Source: Candidatus Marinacidobacterium sp. (GTDB lineage Bacteria > Acidobacteriota > Vicinamibacteria > Marinacidobacterales > Marinacidobacteraceae). Taken from it: a stretch of DNA of 64,000 nt. A program made the position numbers and the translations under genes. The notes under the pieces are model-generated. The model was not told where the DNA came from, searched no databases, and saw nothing but the letters and a program-made list of their open reading frames with translations. Below are positions 1-9,554 of the stretch, one piece after another. The stretch spans positions 160,001-224,000 of the forward strand of contig CBDCRI010000001.1 of NCBI GenBank assembly GCA_965220965.1, written 5' to 3'. Numbering within the stretch: position 1 is the first letter of the stretch; each line of letters begins with the position of its first letter.

Positions 1-276
1 CGGCCGCAGGGCCGCGAGTCGGCCTACCTCGACTGGCTGGCCGAGCGGCTCGCCCCGGCGGCCGCGCTCGAGCGGGACTCGTGCCGGCTGGCGGCCCACC
101 GGCGCCGCCCCGCGGTGCGCGGCCGGCGGCTGATCCCAAGCTCGGAGGCGGTCATCCAAGGGACTTTGGCGATCACGGACCCCCCAGCCTTCAGCGCCCT
201 GCTGGCGGCCGGCGTCGGCCGCCACCGGAGCTACGGCTACGGCATGGTGCTGCTGCGCGCGCCGGCCCCCGAGTGA
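1..276 (+). CDS. cas6e: Cas6e/Cse3-type CRISPR endoribonuclease, 3' part (5' truncated by window edge)
   Basis: Not in the ORF track. Frame 1 reads RESAYLDWLAERL...IQGTLAITDPPAFSALLAAGVGRHRSYGYGMVLLRAPAPE*, the Cas6e C-terminal Gly-rich loop (G-x-G-R-H-R-x-(F/Y)-G-(F/Y)-G-M). Confidence 0.9.
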   Translation, partial: RPQGRESAYLDWLAERLAPAAALERDSCRLAAHRRRPAVRGRRLIPSSEAVIQGTLAITDPPAFSALLAAGVGRHRSYGYGMVLLRAPAPE

Positions 277-325
277 GGGCGCTGGTTGGACGAAGCCGAC
301 GCTGACGGGAAGCGCGCCCCCGGCC

Positions 326-1186
326 TCACGGGGCCGGGCCGACCGCGCGCGGGCCGGCCGGCTCCATGGCGACCTTGACGGACGCCCTCAGGCGCGCCTC
401 GGAGCCCTGCGCCCCCAGGGTCGCCTGCGGGGCCGGGCTCCGGTCGGCCTCGACGTGCCGCCGAAACTCGGCACTGGTCTTCTCCAGCCAGCGAACCAGC
501 CTTGCCGTGTCGGCGAAGCCGGCGCCGTGCAGCGCGTCCGCCGTCCTCCGGAGAGCCCCCCTGCGCTGGCGCATCGGCAGCTCATGGGCACGGGTCACGT
601 GGGAGGCCACCCAAGCGCCGATGCGCTCCGGGGAGCCGCCGGATAGCCGCCGCAAGGTCAGGTCCGGCGACAGGATGAAGTCCCGGCCGTCGCCAAGGAC
701 CGTGCGCGCCCAGGCGTTGGCCCGCTCATGGTCTATCGTGTTCAGGTTGTTGGTGCTCAGCAACGTGGCCCCGTGAATGAGCGCTTGGGCGAGAATCAGC
801 GGATCGCCGGCAGGCGGGTCAGGGACGGGGGCGGCAATCCCGCTGGGCAGCGACCTGACGATGCGGGCGGCGTTCGCCGCCTGCTGCCAGGTCTGCTCAA
901 CGCGGCGGTAGGCGGTGTCCTCGCGGTCGAGCTCCGCCCGGAACCACTGCTGCGCGGAAGCCATCATCCGTTCCGCAATCTCCGATTGCGCCCCTTCCCC
1001 CAGGTTGCTCCGCCCTTGAAAGAGCTCCTGGGCCCTCTCCGCTTGGGTGATGCGGATGCCGCGCGTGACCTCGTCGAGCACTTCCGGCAGGATGAGCAGC
1101 TCATGGCCCTGCTCAAGGGCGATGGCATGCAGCAGCGTTCTGGGCGTCGGACGCAGCAGCAGGTTGGTGTCAGGGGCCAGGAGCAT
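326..1186 (-). CDS. PIN-domain-like protein (putative toxin/nuclease)
   Basis: Internal ATG gives MLLAPDTNLLL...ILPEVLDEV...GDPLILAQA...LSTNN, a PIN-like acidic pattern. Overlaps the small upstream ORF and resembles 23050-23943 and 27598-28494. Confidence 0.6.
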   Translation of the reverse strand: MLLAPDTNLLLRPTPRTLLHAIALEQGHELLILPEVLDEVTRGIRITQAERAQELFQGRSNLGEGAQSEIAERMMASAQQWFRAELDREDTAYRRVEQTWQQAANAARIVRSLPSGIAAPVPDPPAGDPLILAQALIHGATLLSTNNLNTIDHERANAWARTVLGDGRDFILSPDLTLRRLSGGSPERIGAWVASHVTRAHELPMRQRRGALRRTADALHGAGFADTARLVRWLEKTSAEFRRHVEADRSPAPQATLGAQGSEARLRASVKVAMEPAGPRAVGPAP

Positions 1187-1415
1187 CCTTCGGCGCCTCC
1201 CCCTCCGCACCCGTGGCCCCTTGGGCCATTCCCCGGTGCTGGCGCATGGCGATGCACCATTGCTCGTGCTCGGAGAGGGGAACGTCCTTGAAGGGCGCGT
1301 GCGCATCGACGTCCGCGTCCGCAACGATCTCCCGGGCGGCGGCCTCCCCGACCACGCCGGCAACCGCGGCGCGCTGCGTTTCGATGAAGCGGAGCTTTTC
1401 CGGTGGGATCGCCAT
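1170..1415 (-). CDS. small protein, putative antitoxin partner of the PIN-like gene
   Basis: 81 aa; TATAAT on the minus strand at about 1425-1430 and a GAGGGG RBS; overlaps the start of the PIN-like gene. Confidence 0.55.
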   Translation of the reverse strand: MAIPPEKLRFIETQRAAVAGVVGEAAAREIVADADVDAHAPFKDVPLSEHEQWCIAMRQHRGMAQGATGAEGEAPKDAPGP

Positions 1416-1504
1416 GGCCCCTCAATTATAGCAGCGGCGGCGGGGATTGCCGCAAGGCGGGGCCATGCAACGGGCCCGCCGGCTCCCTGCGCGGGCGGCC
1501 GCCC

Positions 1505-2368
1505 TCACGGCGAGCCGCCGGCCAAGCCGTCGAGCCCAGGGCGAATGACGAGCGCCAGGCCGCCCGCCGCCGCCAGGAAGGGGCCGAAGCGAATGGGCGC
1601 GTTGCGGTCGCGGCGGCCCGTCAGGGCCGGCGGCAGGACGCACAGGACGGCGGCCGCGGCGGCCAGCGCCAGGACCGCCGGCAGCGCCTGCCAGCCCAGC
1701 CAAGCGCCGATGGCCGCGCAGAGCTTGAAGTCGCCGCGGCCCATGCCCTCCCTGCCGGCGGCAAGCTTGAACGCCCAAGCGGCCGCCCACGGAAGCAGGT
1801 AGCCCGCCGCCGCGCCGCCGACCGCCGAGGCCAGCGGCGCGAAGGCTCCCGACAGGTTGGCCAGCAGGCCGCACCAAAGCAGCGGCAGGGTGAGCCGGTC
1901 GGGCAGGAGGCCTGCCTCGAGGTCGAGGCCCGACAGCGCGATCAACGTCCACAGGCACAGGGCCGCCGCCACGGCCGCCCACGTCAGGCCGAAGGCCAGC
2001 ACGGCGGCCAGCGCCGCCAGCAGGCCGAGCAGCTCGACGATCGGGTAGCGCGGGCTGATGGGCGCGGCGCAGGCGGCGCAACGTCCGCGCAGGCGGAGCC
2101 AGCCCAGCACCGGAATGTTGTGCGCCACCTTGATCCGGGCGCCGCAGGCCGGGCAGTGCGAGCGCGGCACGGCGAGGTTGAAGGGGACAGGCGACGGCTC
2201 GGCCGCGGCGCCGAGCTCGGCGGACGCCTCCAGCCGCCAAGCGCGGGACAGCATGATCGGCAGCCGGTGGATGACCACGTTCAGGAAGCTGCCGACGGTC
2301 AGGCCCGCCGTGAGGAGCAGGCCGCCCAGCACGGCCAGCCCATGGCCAGTCGCCTCGATCTCCGCCAT
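1505..2368 (-). CDS. pilD: type IV prepilin peptidase / N-methyltransferase (A24 family)
   Basis: GSFLNVVIHRLP, RSHCPAC...HNIPVLGWLRLRGRCAAC, ISPRYPIVE, GMGRGDFKL and IRFGPFLA motifs; GAGG RBS before ATG 2368. Confidence 0.93.
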   Translation of the reverse strand: MAEIEATGHGLAVLGGLLLTAGLTVGSFLNVVIHRLPIMLSRAWRLEASAELGAAAEPSPVPFNLAVPRSHCPACGARIKVAHNIPVLGWLRLRGRCAACAAPISPRYPIVELLGLLAALAAVLAFGLTWAAVAAALCLWTLIALSGLDLEAGLLPDRLTLPLLWCGLLANLSGAFAPLASAVGGAAAGYLLPWAAAWAFKLAAGREGMGRGDFKLCAAIGAWLGWQALPAVLALAAAAAVLCVLPPALTGRRDRNAPIRFGPFLAAAGGLALVIRPGLDGLAGGSP

Positions 2369-2829
2369 CCCAGCCTCAAGCGAGGGATCCGGGCGCCAAG
2401 GCCACCTGCGGCCGGAGGGCCTCGACCCCGCCGTTCCGCCCGGCAAGGACGCCCATGGCCAACGGCTCCCCAATGCGCAGCATGGGCAAGCGGCGGGCTT
2501 CAATGCGGCGGCGCGCCTCTTCCGACGGGCGTGGCTCGGTTGTCGCGATGGGTTTCAACTCCCTCAGCGGGGCGCCGCTGCAGCGGCCGTCCCTTCCGGC
2601 CGGACAATTGTAAACCGCCCGCCATCCGCCCTTGAAAGGGGAGGAATGCGGCAGCGGGCACGAATCAAAAGAGCGACTCCCCTCCACCAAGGGCTTGGCG
2701 CGCAGGGCGTGCCCCCGCCCACGGGGGATGCGCCACTGACGACGCAGCCTCGCGAACCTCCAGCTGCGGATTGCCCCGCCCGCGCGGCGATGGACCTTGC
2801 GCGCCGTGCCCCTCCAGCCGATTTTTGGG

Positions 2830-2919
2830 TTTGGCCCCGCCGGCGCGGGGATGATCCAGGTTTGGACCGTGCGGTGCCTGTGGTTTGGCTGACTGCCCCC
2901 CCCTGTGCGGGGACGGCCT
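2830..2919 (+). CRISPR. mini-array: repeat, 32-nt spacer, degenerate repeat
   Basis: TTTGGCCCCGCCGGCGCGGGGATGATCCA (2830-2858), spacer 2859-2890, then a damaged repeat from 2891. The spacer is 27/32 identical to 3845-3876. Confidence 0.75.
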
Positions 2920-3339
2920 CTTGCATCAGCGTGAAGCGCATTGAGGGGGCATCCCCATTGACGGCTCCGGACAGGCCCCCCCCTGCGGCGCCATGAGGCT
3001 GGCTCTCGCCGTGTTGGGCTTTCCAAAGCGCGATGGCTTGGGGAGGCCGCCCCCGACACTGGGCCTTGGCCCCGCCGGGGCTCCGCAATCCGACGGTCTG
3101 GGACGTCCGCCCTGAATGGCCCATGGGCCCAGCATGCGGAAGCCCGGCTCCCGTGCGCAACGCCCCGGTGGGCCGGGTGGACGGTTGGCGCCCCGCTGCC
3201 ACCATGGGGGACTTCGTCGCCGAGCCTGCCAAGGACCGCTTCGGCGCGCGCCGCGCGCTCCGGCGACTAGGGCGAAAGGTCCGGTCACCTCTCATCGAGA
3301 GCCGTTGGAAGGCGGCATGCGCAGCTCGGGAATGGCGCT

Positions 3340-3449
3340 TTTGCGCGATTGCTGTACACTGGCCGACATCGGCTTTGAGTTGGGGAGGATGCGGCAGAAA
3401 GTACTCTAGGCGCCCACAACAGGCATTCAATCAAGGACTTAGTGCATAG
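3340..3449 (+). promoter_or_regulatory. CRISPR leader of array 1 with IHF consensus site
   Basis: Lower GC; TACACT -10-like box at about 3355; AATCAAGGACTTA at 3429-3441 matches WATCAANNNNTTR at -21 to -9 from the first repeat. Confidence 0.75.
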
Positions 3450-3970
3450 GCTGGCCCCGCCCGCGCGGGGATGGACCCGGCAAATTACTTTACCGCGGTC
3501 AGTGGAGTGACTTGGCCCCGCCCTCGCGGGGATGGACCCAGGGACCGTTATGCAGTCGATCAATCGAAGGACTTGGCCCCGCCCGCGCGGGGATGGCCCC
3601 TTGTCGAGCAGGAAGGGATGAAGGTGATCGTGGTTGGCCCCGCCTGCGCGGGGATGGGCCGTCGAAGGGAAAGTTTGGTTGCGAACTGATGTCGTTGGCC
3701 CCGCCTGCGCGGGGATGGTCCCGAGTTAATCGAGGGCAGGACGGAAAGTCTTGCGTTGGCCCCGCTTGCGCGGGGGTGGACCCTGAAGATCGGGGCTTGG
3801 GACGATGCCGGCATTGTTGGCCCCGCCCACGCGGGGATGATCCAGATTTGGACCGCGCCGTGCCTGCGGTTTAGCTGACTGGCTGCCCCGCCTGCGCGGG
3901 GATGGGCCTCCATCGATGAACAGGAGCCGACCGTTCCTCGACGCTCGCCCCGCCCAAGCGGGGATGGACC
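3450..3970 (+). CRISPR. type I-E-like CRISPR array 1: 9 repeats (29 nt), 8 spacers (mostly 32 nt)
   Basis: Repeats of consensus GTTGGCCCCGCNNNNGCGGGGATGGACCC at 3450, 3511, 3572, 3633, 3694, 3755, 3816, 3881 and 3942; 61-nt period (one 65). Confidence 0.95.
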
Positions 3971-4887
3971 GATGGCAGGAGTTGGGACGCGATTCGGGTT
4001 TAGGAGGACGCCAATGGGACTGAGCGTTGCACAGTCGGTGGACTCGACGAGCTAACCCGCACGGACATGGAGGACCGCGAGTTGCCCGACGAGGCGGCTT
4101 CGGCGCTTCCATCCTGAAAGGCCATCGACTGGGTCTGGCGAACCCCAGCCCTTCCGTGGCGACACGAGTCGAGACGAACGGTGTCCAAGACACCGTGGGG
4201 CCGCCCGTACACCGCCATGCTCGTAGAGATCGACTGCGTGGAGACCAAGCCTAGGAAGCCCATCCGCGAGCAACAGGCGCCTGCGCCCTAGCGGCGGCCG
4301 GCGCTCCAGCTGATTGCTCACGAGAAAAAGCATGGTCATTCACGAGCAGCCAATCCGCCTGCCACTCGCATTTCACGGAACTGGCATTCGCAGTCGCCTC
4401 GAGGCCATCGTCCTGGGCTCCGACGCCGTGCGGGAGGAGGTTCGCGAGTCCCATGGGCGCTGATGCAGTCTCACGACTTGTCGGATTGATTGCCTAGAGC
4501 GGCTCTTTTGCCAGAGCCCCTCGAAATGGCAACAAACGCGCACGCGAAGCGAGAGGTACTCCCCGTGAGGCCGGGCTTTCCGCGGAACCTCGCTAGGAAC
4601 AAGTTGGGGCAACATTGCGCCCCACCTTCGGCTGCGAATCCACATCAAGGCTAAGCCGTGCTCTTACATTGGCACGTCTTCCGGGGAAAGTAGGTGTTGC
4701 CTAGTGCAACTGGCTAACGCTGCCACAACACCAAAAGAAGGCTCCTTCTAGCCCAAACCTTTGCCGCGCCTCAACACCCCATGTCTTGAAGCATCCCTTC
4801 ATTCACGGTTCCCGAGGACACGACGCGCGGGGGAGGACGCCACCCTTCAGATTGCACCTTCCCCCACCTTGATTCGCGAGCGCCCCT

Positions 4888-6696
4888 CTACCCAAGAGGG
4901 CCTCCACAATTCGGGTAAGAGGGACACCCCGACCCGCCACCGCACGTAACAGCTATCTTGGGGTAACCCGAGCAGCTTTCACTATTGCCACAAGGAGACT
5001 GACAGGTGGTCAACGTGTGGTTGTAGAAACAAGTAGTCCCTTGTGGAGTATCCCAAACTTCCGAGAAAGTCTGATAGTCAAGTTCTGGGTCGCAAGAGGG
5101 GGGAGGTTTCGGTTCTGGGCACTTTCCGCAGTTGAGAGTCTTGGAGCAGTTCCGTGAGAGGCCCACGTTGGCGCAGGAGGCCTGGGCGCACTGCCCGGTT
5201 CCGGGCGTGCAAGTCCGGTGCTCCTTTCCGTACTTAAGCGTGGGGCCACAGTCATCCGGTGCGCAGGCGGCCGAGCAGCCCCCCCAGTCGCTGATCGTTC
5301 GCTTCGTGCCGCAGTTCTTGGTGCAGGACGCTTGGAGCGGGTACCCCGCGCAGGTCTGGTGCGCGTAGCTGCCGGTCCCGGGCGTGCAGGTCCGGTACTT
5401 CTTTCCCGACTGGGCCCCGCACTTCCCGGTGCACGAGGCTTGGCAAGCCCCGTATTCGGAGACGTGGCGCGGCGCGCACCCGCGCGACTCGGTTTCCGTC
5501 CCCGCCGGGGGGGTGCAGCCCGCGCCGCAGGTGGCGCCGCTGCAGGTCCGACTGCAGGTCCTTGACTGCTGGCCGTTCGAGCAGCCCGACCAAGCCCCGC
5601 AGGACCATCCGGACAAAGTTCCCTTTTGCCCGGGATTCGTCCCCGTGGCCAGCCGGCTGGTCCCCGGGCAGCTGGCAGGTGACGCGGAGCGCGTTTGCGT
5701 GAACTTCGTGCCCTTACAGTAGGAGCTCGTTGACGGAGCCCAGCTCCCGTAGCTGCACGTGCAGTCCGTCCTGGTGCCAGGCGTGGAGGTGGCCGGCTTC
5801 TGACCCGTCGGCGTGCAGCCCGACGGGCTCTCCCACACGGAGCGGCTCGCCGACTGGGGCGGGCAGATGGTCGACGGGTCGGGGCTCCACGCCGAGGTCT
5901 GCCAGCGGCAGGGCGGGGTGGAGCAGTTCTGCTTCGTGCCGGGCATTGTCGTCGCCGGCTTCGCCGCGCTCGGCGTGCAGCCGGCGGCGCTCGAGCGCAC
6001 CGTGCGGGTGGCGGAGTACTGCGGGCAGAGCGTCGCCGGGTTCGGGTTCCAGGCGCCCACCTGCCAGTCGCACGCGCAGGGGCAGCTCACGCTGCACGCC
6101 CGCGACAGAACCTGCCCGTCGCAGGTCTCCGAGGCGTGGCTGCCGGTCCCCGGCGTGCAGGTCCGCGTCTGCTGGCCCTGCGCCGTGCCGCAGTTGTCCT
6201 GCGCCCCGCAGGAGGCGGAGCACGCCCCCCAGGGGCCGAGCGAGCGCGGCGCGTTCGGGGCCGCGGTGACCGGCGTGATCGAGACCAGGCCGCGGGCCTC
6301 CCAGCGCTTCACCTCCTCCCACCGGGGCGGCCAGTCGATGCGGCCCTGGTTGGCGGGCGGGCTCTCCACGTCGCTGCTCTCGCCGCCGAACAGCAGCGGC
6401 CGGCCGGCGTCGCCCCAGGCCGGCAGCGCCTTTATCTCCAGCTCGGTGCCGATGGGGTACGGCGGCATCGGGTAGTCGGCGGTGGCGCGCAGGTGCAGGT
6501 CGCCGCCGGCCCCGAAGCGCATGATCTTCGGGTCGGTGAGGCAGTGCGAGGAGCCCGCCGGACCCTCCTGCGCGACAATGAAGCCCCCCAGGCTGCCCGG
6601 CGGGCACTCGTTCTCCTGGGCCAGCGCCAAGGAGGCCGACAGCAAGGCGGCCACCGCCGCGAGCAGGCCAAGCTTCCGGTGCGAACTCCTGTGCAT
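4888..6696 (-). CDS. secreted Cys/Trp-rich protein with thrombospondin type-1-like repeats
   Basis: GGAGG RBS then signal peptide MHRSSHRKLGLLAAVAALLSASLALAQ; repeats WGACSASCG...GQQTRTC, WSGCSNGQQSRTC, SDWGGCSAAC and WxPxPxTxCP units. Confidence 0.8.
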   Translation of the reverse strand: MHRSSHRKLGLLAAVAALLSASLALAQENECPPGSLGGFIVAQEGPAGSSHCLTDPKIMRFGAGGDLHLRATADYPMPPYPIGTELEIKALPAWGDAGRPLLFGGESSDVESPPANQGRIDWPPRWEEVKRWEARGLVSITPVTAAPNAPRSLGPWGACSASCGAQDNCGTAQGQQTRTCTPGTGSHASETCDGQVLSRACSVSCPCACDWQVGAWNPNPATLCPQYSATRTVRSSAAGCTPSAAKPATTMPGTKQNCSTPPCRWQTSAWSPDPSTICPPQSASRSVWESPSGCTPTGQKPATSTPGTRTDCTCSYGSWAPSTSSYCKGTKFTQTRSASPASCPGTSRLATGTNPGQKGTLSGWSCGAWSGCSNGQQSRTCSRTCSGATCGAGCTPPAGTETESRGCAPRHVSEYGACQASCTGKCGAQSGKKYRTCTPGTGSYAHQTCAGYPLQASCTKNCGTKRTISDWGGCSAACAPDDCGPTLKYGKEHRTCTPGTGQCAQASCANVGLSRNCSKTLNCGKCPEPKPPPSCDPELDYQTFSEVWDTPQGTTCFYNHTLTTCQSPCGNSESCSGYPKIAVTCGGGSGCPSYPNCGGPLG

Positions 6697-6889
6697 GCCG
6701 CCTCCCTCGCGCGATGCGCCCGCCGCCAGCCGGGAAACGGCTCCGCAGACGCTTTCGAATGGAATCCTTCTATGCTGGCCAGCAGTATAGCAACGGGCAC
6801 CTTGCCCGCCACCGCGGAGGCTGCGCGTCCGCCGGGGCCGTGCCGGCCGGCCACGGGTCGCGGCGCCCAAGCGGAAAGCCCCTCCCGCT

Positions 6890-6903
6890 CCCCCCCCCCC
6901 CCC
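6890..6903. repeat. C14 homopolymer in the divergent promoter region
   Basis: 14 consecutive C between the TSP1-like gene and the RNA ligase. Confidence 0.85.
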
Positions 6904-7055
6904 GGCTGACCGGACGTCACTTTCCCCCAATCAATTGAACAGCTTGGGTCCGCCTCCTCGACCCATTCCAGCTGCCAATCCCCCGGCCACCCGTTGATCC
7001 CGTCGGGCCTCCGCCGTGGATTCAAGGGCACGGGACCACCCGCCAGCGTCGGTCT

Positions 7056-7068
7056 ATGGTATAATGCA
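7056..7068 (+). promoter_or_regulatory. extended -10 promoter ATGGTATAATGCA
   Basis: TG-n-TATAAT upstream of the RNA ligase; the same 13-mer (R at position 11) recurs at 40985-40997(-), 58920-58932 and 63506-63518. Confidence 0.7.
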
Positions 7069-7103
7069 TGTGTCACGCATTGGAGCAACGGAGTCCCCCC
7101 CCC

Positions 7104-8159
7104 ATGTCCGCATTCGAGGCCCGCATCCACGCCCTCGCCGTGGAGCCCCACCCCAACGCCGACCGGCTCGAGCTGGCCGCGGTCGGCGGCTATCGCTGCG
7201 TGGTCGGCAAGGGCCAGTTCGCCGACGGCGACCTGGCGGCCTACATCCCGGAGGGCGCGCTGTGCCCGGACTGGCTCATCGCGGACCTCGGCCTGGAGGG
7301 CAAGCTGGCCGGCCCGGAGGCCAACCGCGTCAAGGCATTGGTCCTGCGCGGGGCGCTCTCCGAAGGGCTGGTGTACCCGGTGCGGGAGGGACGCCTGCGC
7401 GGCCGTGCGGTGGCGGTCGGCGACGACGTGACCGAGCTGCTCGAGATCGAGAAGTACGTGCCGCCCATCCCGGTGCACATGTCGGGCCAAGTCAGGGCCG
7501 TCCACGGGGCCACGCTCAAGTACGACATTGAGCCCTACAAGAGGCACCTGGGCGTCCTGCGGGAGGGGGAGCCGGTGTGCATCACCGAAAAGCTGCACGG
7601 CACCTGGTGCTGCCTGGGCGTCCATCCCGCGCACGGCCCCATCGTCACCTCCAAGGGGCTGTCCGGCCGCGGGCTGGCCTTCGACCTTGACGAAGCGGCG
7701 GGCAACGCCGACAACCTGTACGTCAAGGCATGGCGTCGGCTGGAGGGGAGCATCCGAGCGCTCGCCGACGAGTTCGGCGCCCCCGTCCACGTTCTGGGCG
7801 AGGTCTTCGGCAAGGGCGTTCAGGACCTGCACTACGGGCGCCAGGCGCCCGACTTCGCGGCGTTCGACGTCCACGTGGGCGAGCCGGGGGAGGGGCGCTA
7901 CCTCGACGCCGCGGAGTTCCGCCCAGCGGTCGCCCGCCACGGCCTGGAGCCCGTCCCCGTCCTCCACGAAGGGCCTTTCTCGCATGACGCGCTCATGGCG
8001 TGCGTGGACGGGGGCACCAGCTTCGGCGCCGGGCACATCCGCGAGGGGGCGGTGGTCCGCCCGGCGGCGGAGCGGCGGGATCCGGCGATCGGGCGCGTGC
8101 TGCTCAAGTGCACGTCCGGCGGCTACCTGACCCGCCGCGGGGGCACCGAGCACGCCTAG
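7104..8159 (+). CDS. ATP-dependent RNA ligase, Rnl2/DRB0094-like family
   Basis: N-terminal HPNADRLELA domain; ligase motifs I TEKLHGT, III LGEVFG, IIIa FAAFDV, IV REGAVVRP and V LLKCTS. Confidence 0.9.
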   Translation: MSAFEARIHALAVEPHPNADRLELAAVGGYRCVVGKGQFADGDLAAYIPEGALCPDWLIADLGLEGKLAGPEANRVKALVLRGALSEGLVYPVREGRLRGRAVAVGDDVTELLEIEKYVPPIPVHMSGQVRAVHGATLKYDIEPYKRHLGVLREGEPVCITEKLHGTWCCLGVHPAHGPIVTSKGLSGRGLAFDLDEAAGNADNLYVKAWRRLEGSIRALADEFGAPVHVLGEVFGKGVQDLHYGRQAPDFAAFDVHVGEPGEGRYLDAAEFRPAVARHGLEPVPVLHEGPFSHDALMACVDGGTSFGAGHIREGAVVRPAAERRDPAIGRVLLKCTSGGYLTRRGGTEHA

Positions 8160-8256
8160 GTACCCTGCCCCCGAGCGGTCCCAACCAACCCGGGCGCGAG
8201 TTCCTATATTCGGCCCGAAGCCCTCCGCCCGGGAGGGCGCGCTTGCAGGAGGGGCC

Positions 8257-9285
8257 ATGGAAGACAGCCATGTCGAATCGAGCGAGGTCAAGGACGCGCG
8301 CGTCAGGCACGCGAAGGCGGCGGCCGCCGCGCACGAGGCGCTGCTCGATGCCATTCACGCCGCGTTCGGCGACAGTCCCCCGCATGGCCGGCTATGCGTG
8401 CATTGGGACGGGTTCGGCGACCATGGCTGCGTTGACGCCGTCGACTGGGGGTTCCCGGACCCCGCCGAGGAGGCCGACGCTGAGTCCCTCACTTGCATCA
8501 TCGACGAAAAGGCGGAAAGGCCGCCGTCTTCGGTGACGGAGGCGGCCATGAATTTCGTCCACAGGTTGATCGACTTTGATCGGTGGCTTCGGGACATGGA
8601 GGTCGGCGCAGGCGGCGACATCGCCTTCATCCTCGACTGCGTCTCGGGCCGCGTCTCCGTGAGTGCCCGGCGCTGGGTGGTCAAGCTTAGAGCGCTCGAC
8701 CCCCGCGCCGAGCGTAGCTGGTTTCTGCCAGTTAAAAAGCTCGAAGGAGAGGGTTTCGAGGAGCCTCGGCTCGGGCTCGACAGTGGCGGCGCGCAAGCCA
8801 TCGCCCGCCTCGAGCACGGGGTGTCAAAATCCCTGCGCGCAGCCATCGGGGGCCGCTGGGCGCACCGCCGGTGGGACAGGCTTGCGTGGGATGGCCTCGG
8901 GGTGACCTACGTTTTCGGCAGGATGGGCGACAAACTCTTCATCCACAGTTTGCACTTCCATCCACCGGCAGTCGGGATCAGAGGGCGGGGGCCGGCGTTG
9001 GAGGACTTGGTGATGGACGTAATCGATGAGTGGGGCATCGACCGGGTCTGCACTGACCCGGCCGCACGGTCAGGCGATGACCGGCCCCGCAGCGAGAACT
9101 CCTTTGCGACCATCGGCGTTCGGCTTCCGATCAACGCGAAGGCCCGCTCCGCGGCCGTCACCATCACGCGCGACATCAAGAAAGTGGTGTATCAGCTGGA
9201 GCAGTTCTACACCCGCGACCCGCTGCCGTCCTCGTCCTACTACCGCCCGAGGGTGGCTAGCGCCCCGGCGGGCCCTGGCCTCTGA
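8257..9285 (+). CDS. acidic GxGDxG-family protein (DUF6878-like), paralogue 1
   Basis: LCVHWDGFGDHG motif; AGGAGG RBS; clear similarity to neighbours. Confidence 0.75.
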   Translation: MEDSHVESSEVKDARVRHAKAAAAAHEALLDAIHAAFGDSPPHGRLCVHWDGFGDHGCVDAVDWGFPDPAEEADAESLTCIIDEKAERPPSSVTEAAMNFVHRLIDFDRWLRDMEVGAGGDIAFILDCVSGRVSVSARRWVVKLRALDPRAERSWFLPVKKLEGEGFEEPRLGLDSGGAQAIARLEHGVSKSLRAAIGGRWAHRRWDRLAWDGLGVTYVFGRMGDKLFIHSLHFHPPAVGIRGRGPALEDLVMDVIDEWGIDRVCTDPAARSGDDRPRSENSFATIGVRLPINAKARSAAVTITRDIKKVVYQLEQFYTRDPLPSSSYYRPRVASAPAGPGL

Positions 9286-9554
9286 AGCCAGCTGCGGCAA
9301 CCGCGGGGGGAGCGTCCCGCCGGATCGGTGTGGACGGCTGGGAACCCGGCATTTCCGAGCTGCCCGACGCAGGGCGGCGGCCTTGACAAGGCGTTTTCTC
9401 CGGCGCCAGATCGACGCGGACGGCCAGCCAGGGGTTCGGCTTCGCGGCGCTGGAGCCTCAAGCGGGAGCGCCGGGGAAGGGCGCCTCCCTCGACGGCGCC
9501 GACTTCCGCGCAGGGGCCGCCCCACGGCGCAGTGGCACGATCCGGCGGCCACCT

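Noticed and set aside
3203-3310. Possible cas1 remnant before the array-1 leader, and a partial repeat near 3066
   Set aside because: The resemblance is too weak to support.
3285-3913. ORFs crossing array 1, and likewise 30804-31499 crossing array 2
   Set aside because: They are translations of CRISPR repeats (recurring HPRAGGA / WPRPRGDG peptides).
4888-5250. Diversity-generating retroelement target at the TSP1-like C-terminus
   Set aside because: No reverse transcriptase and no template repeat in the window.
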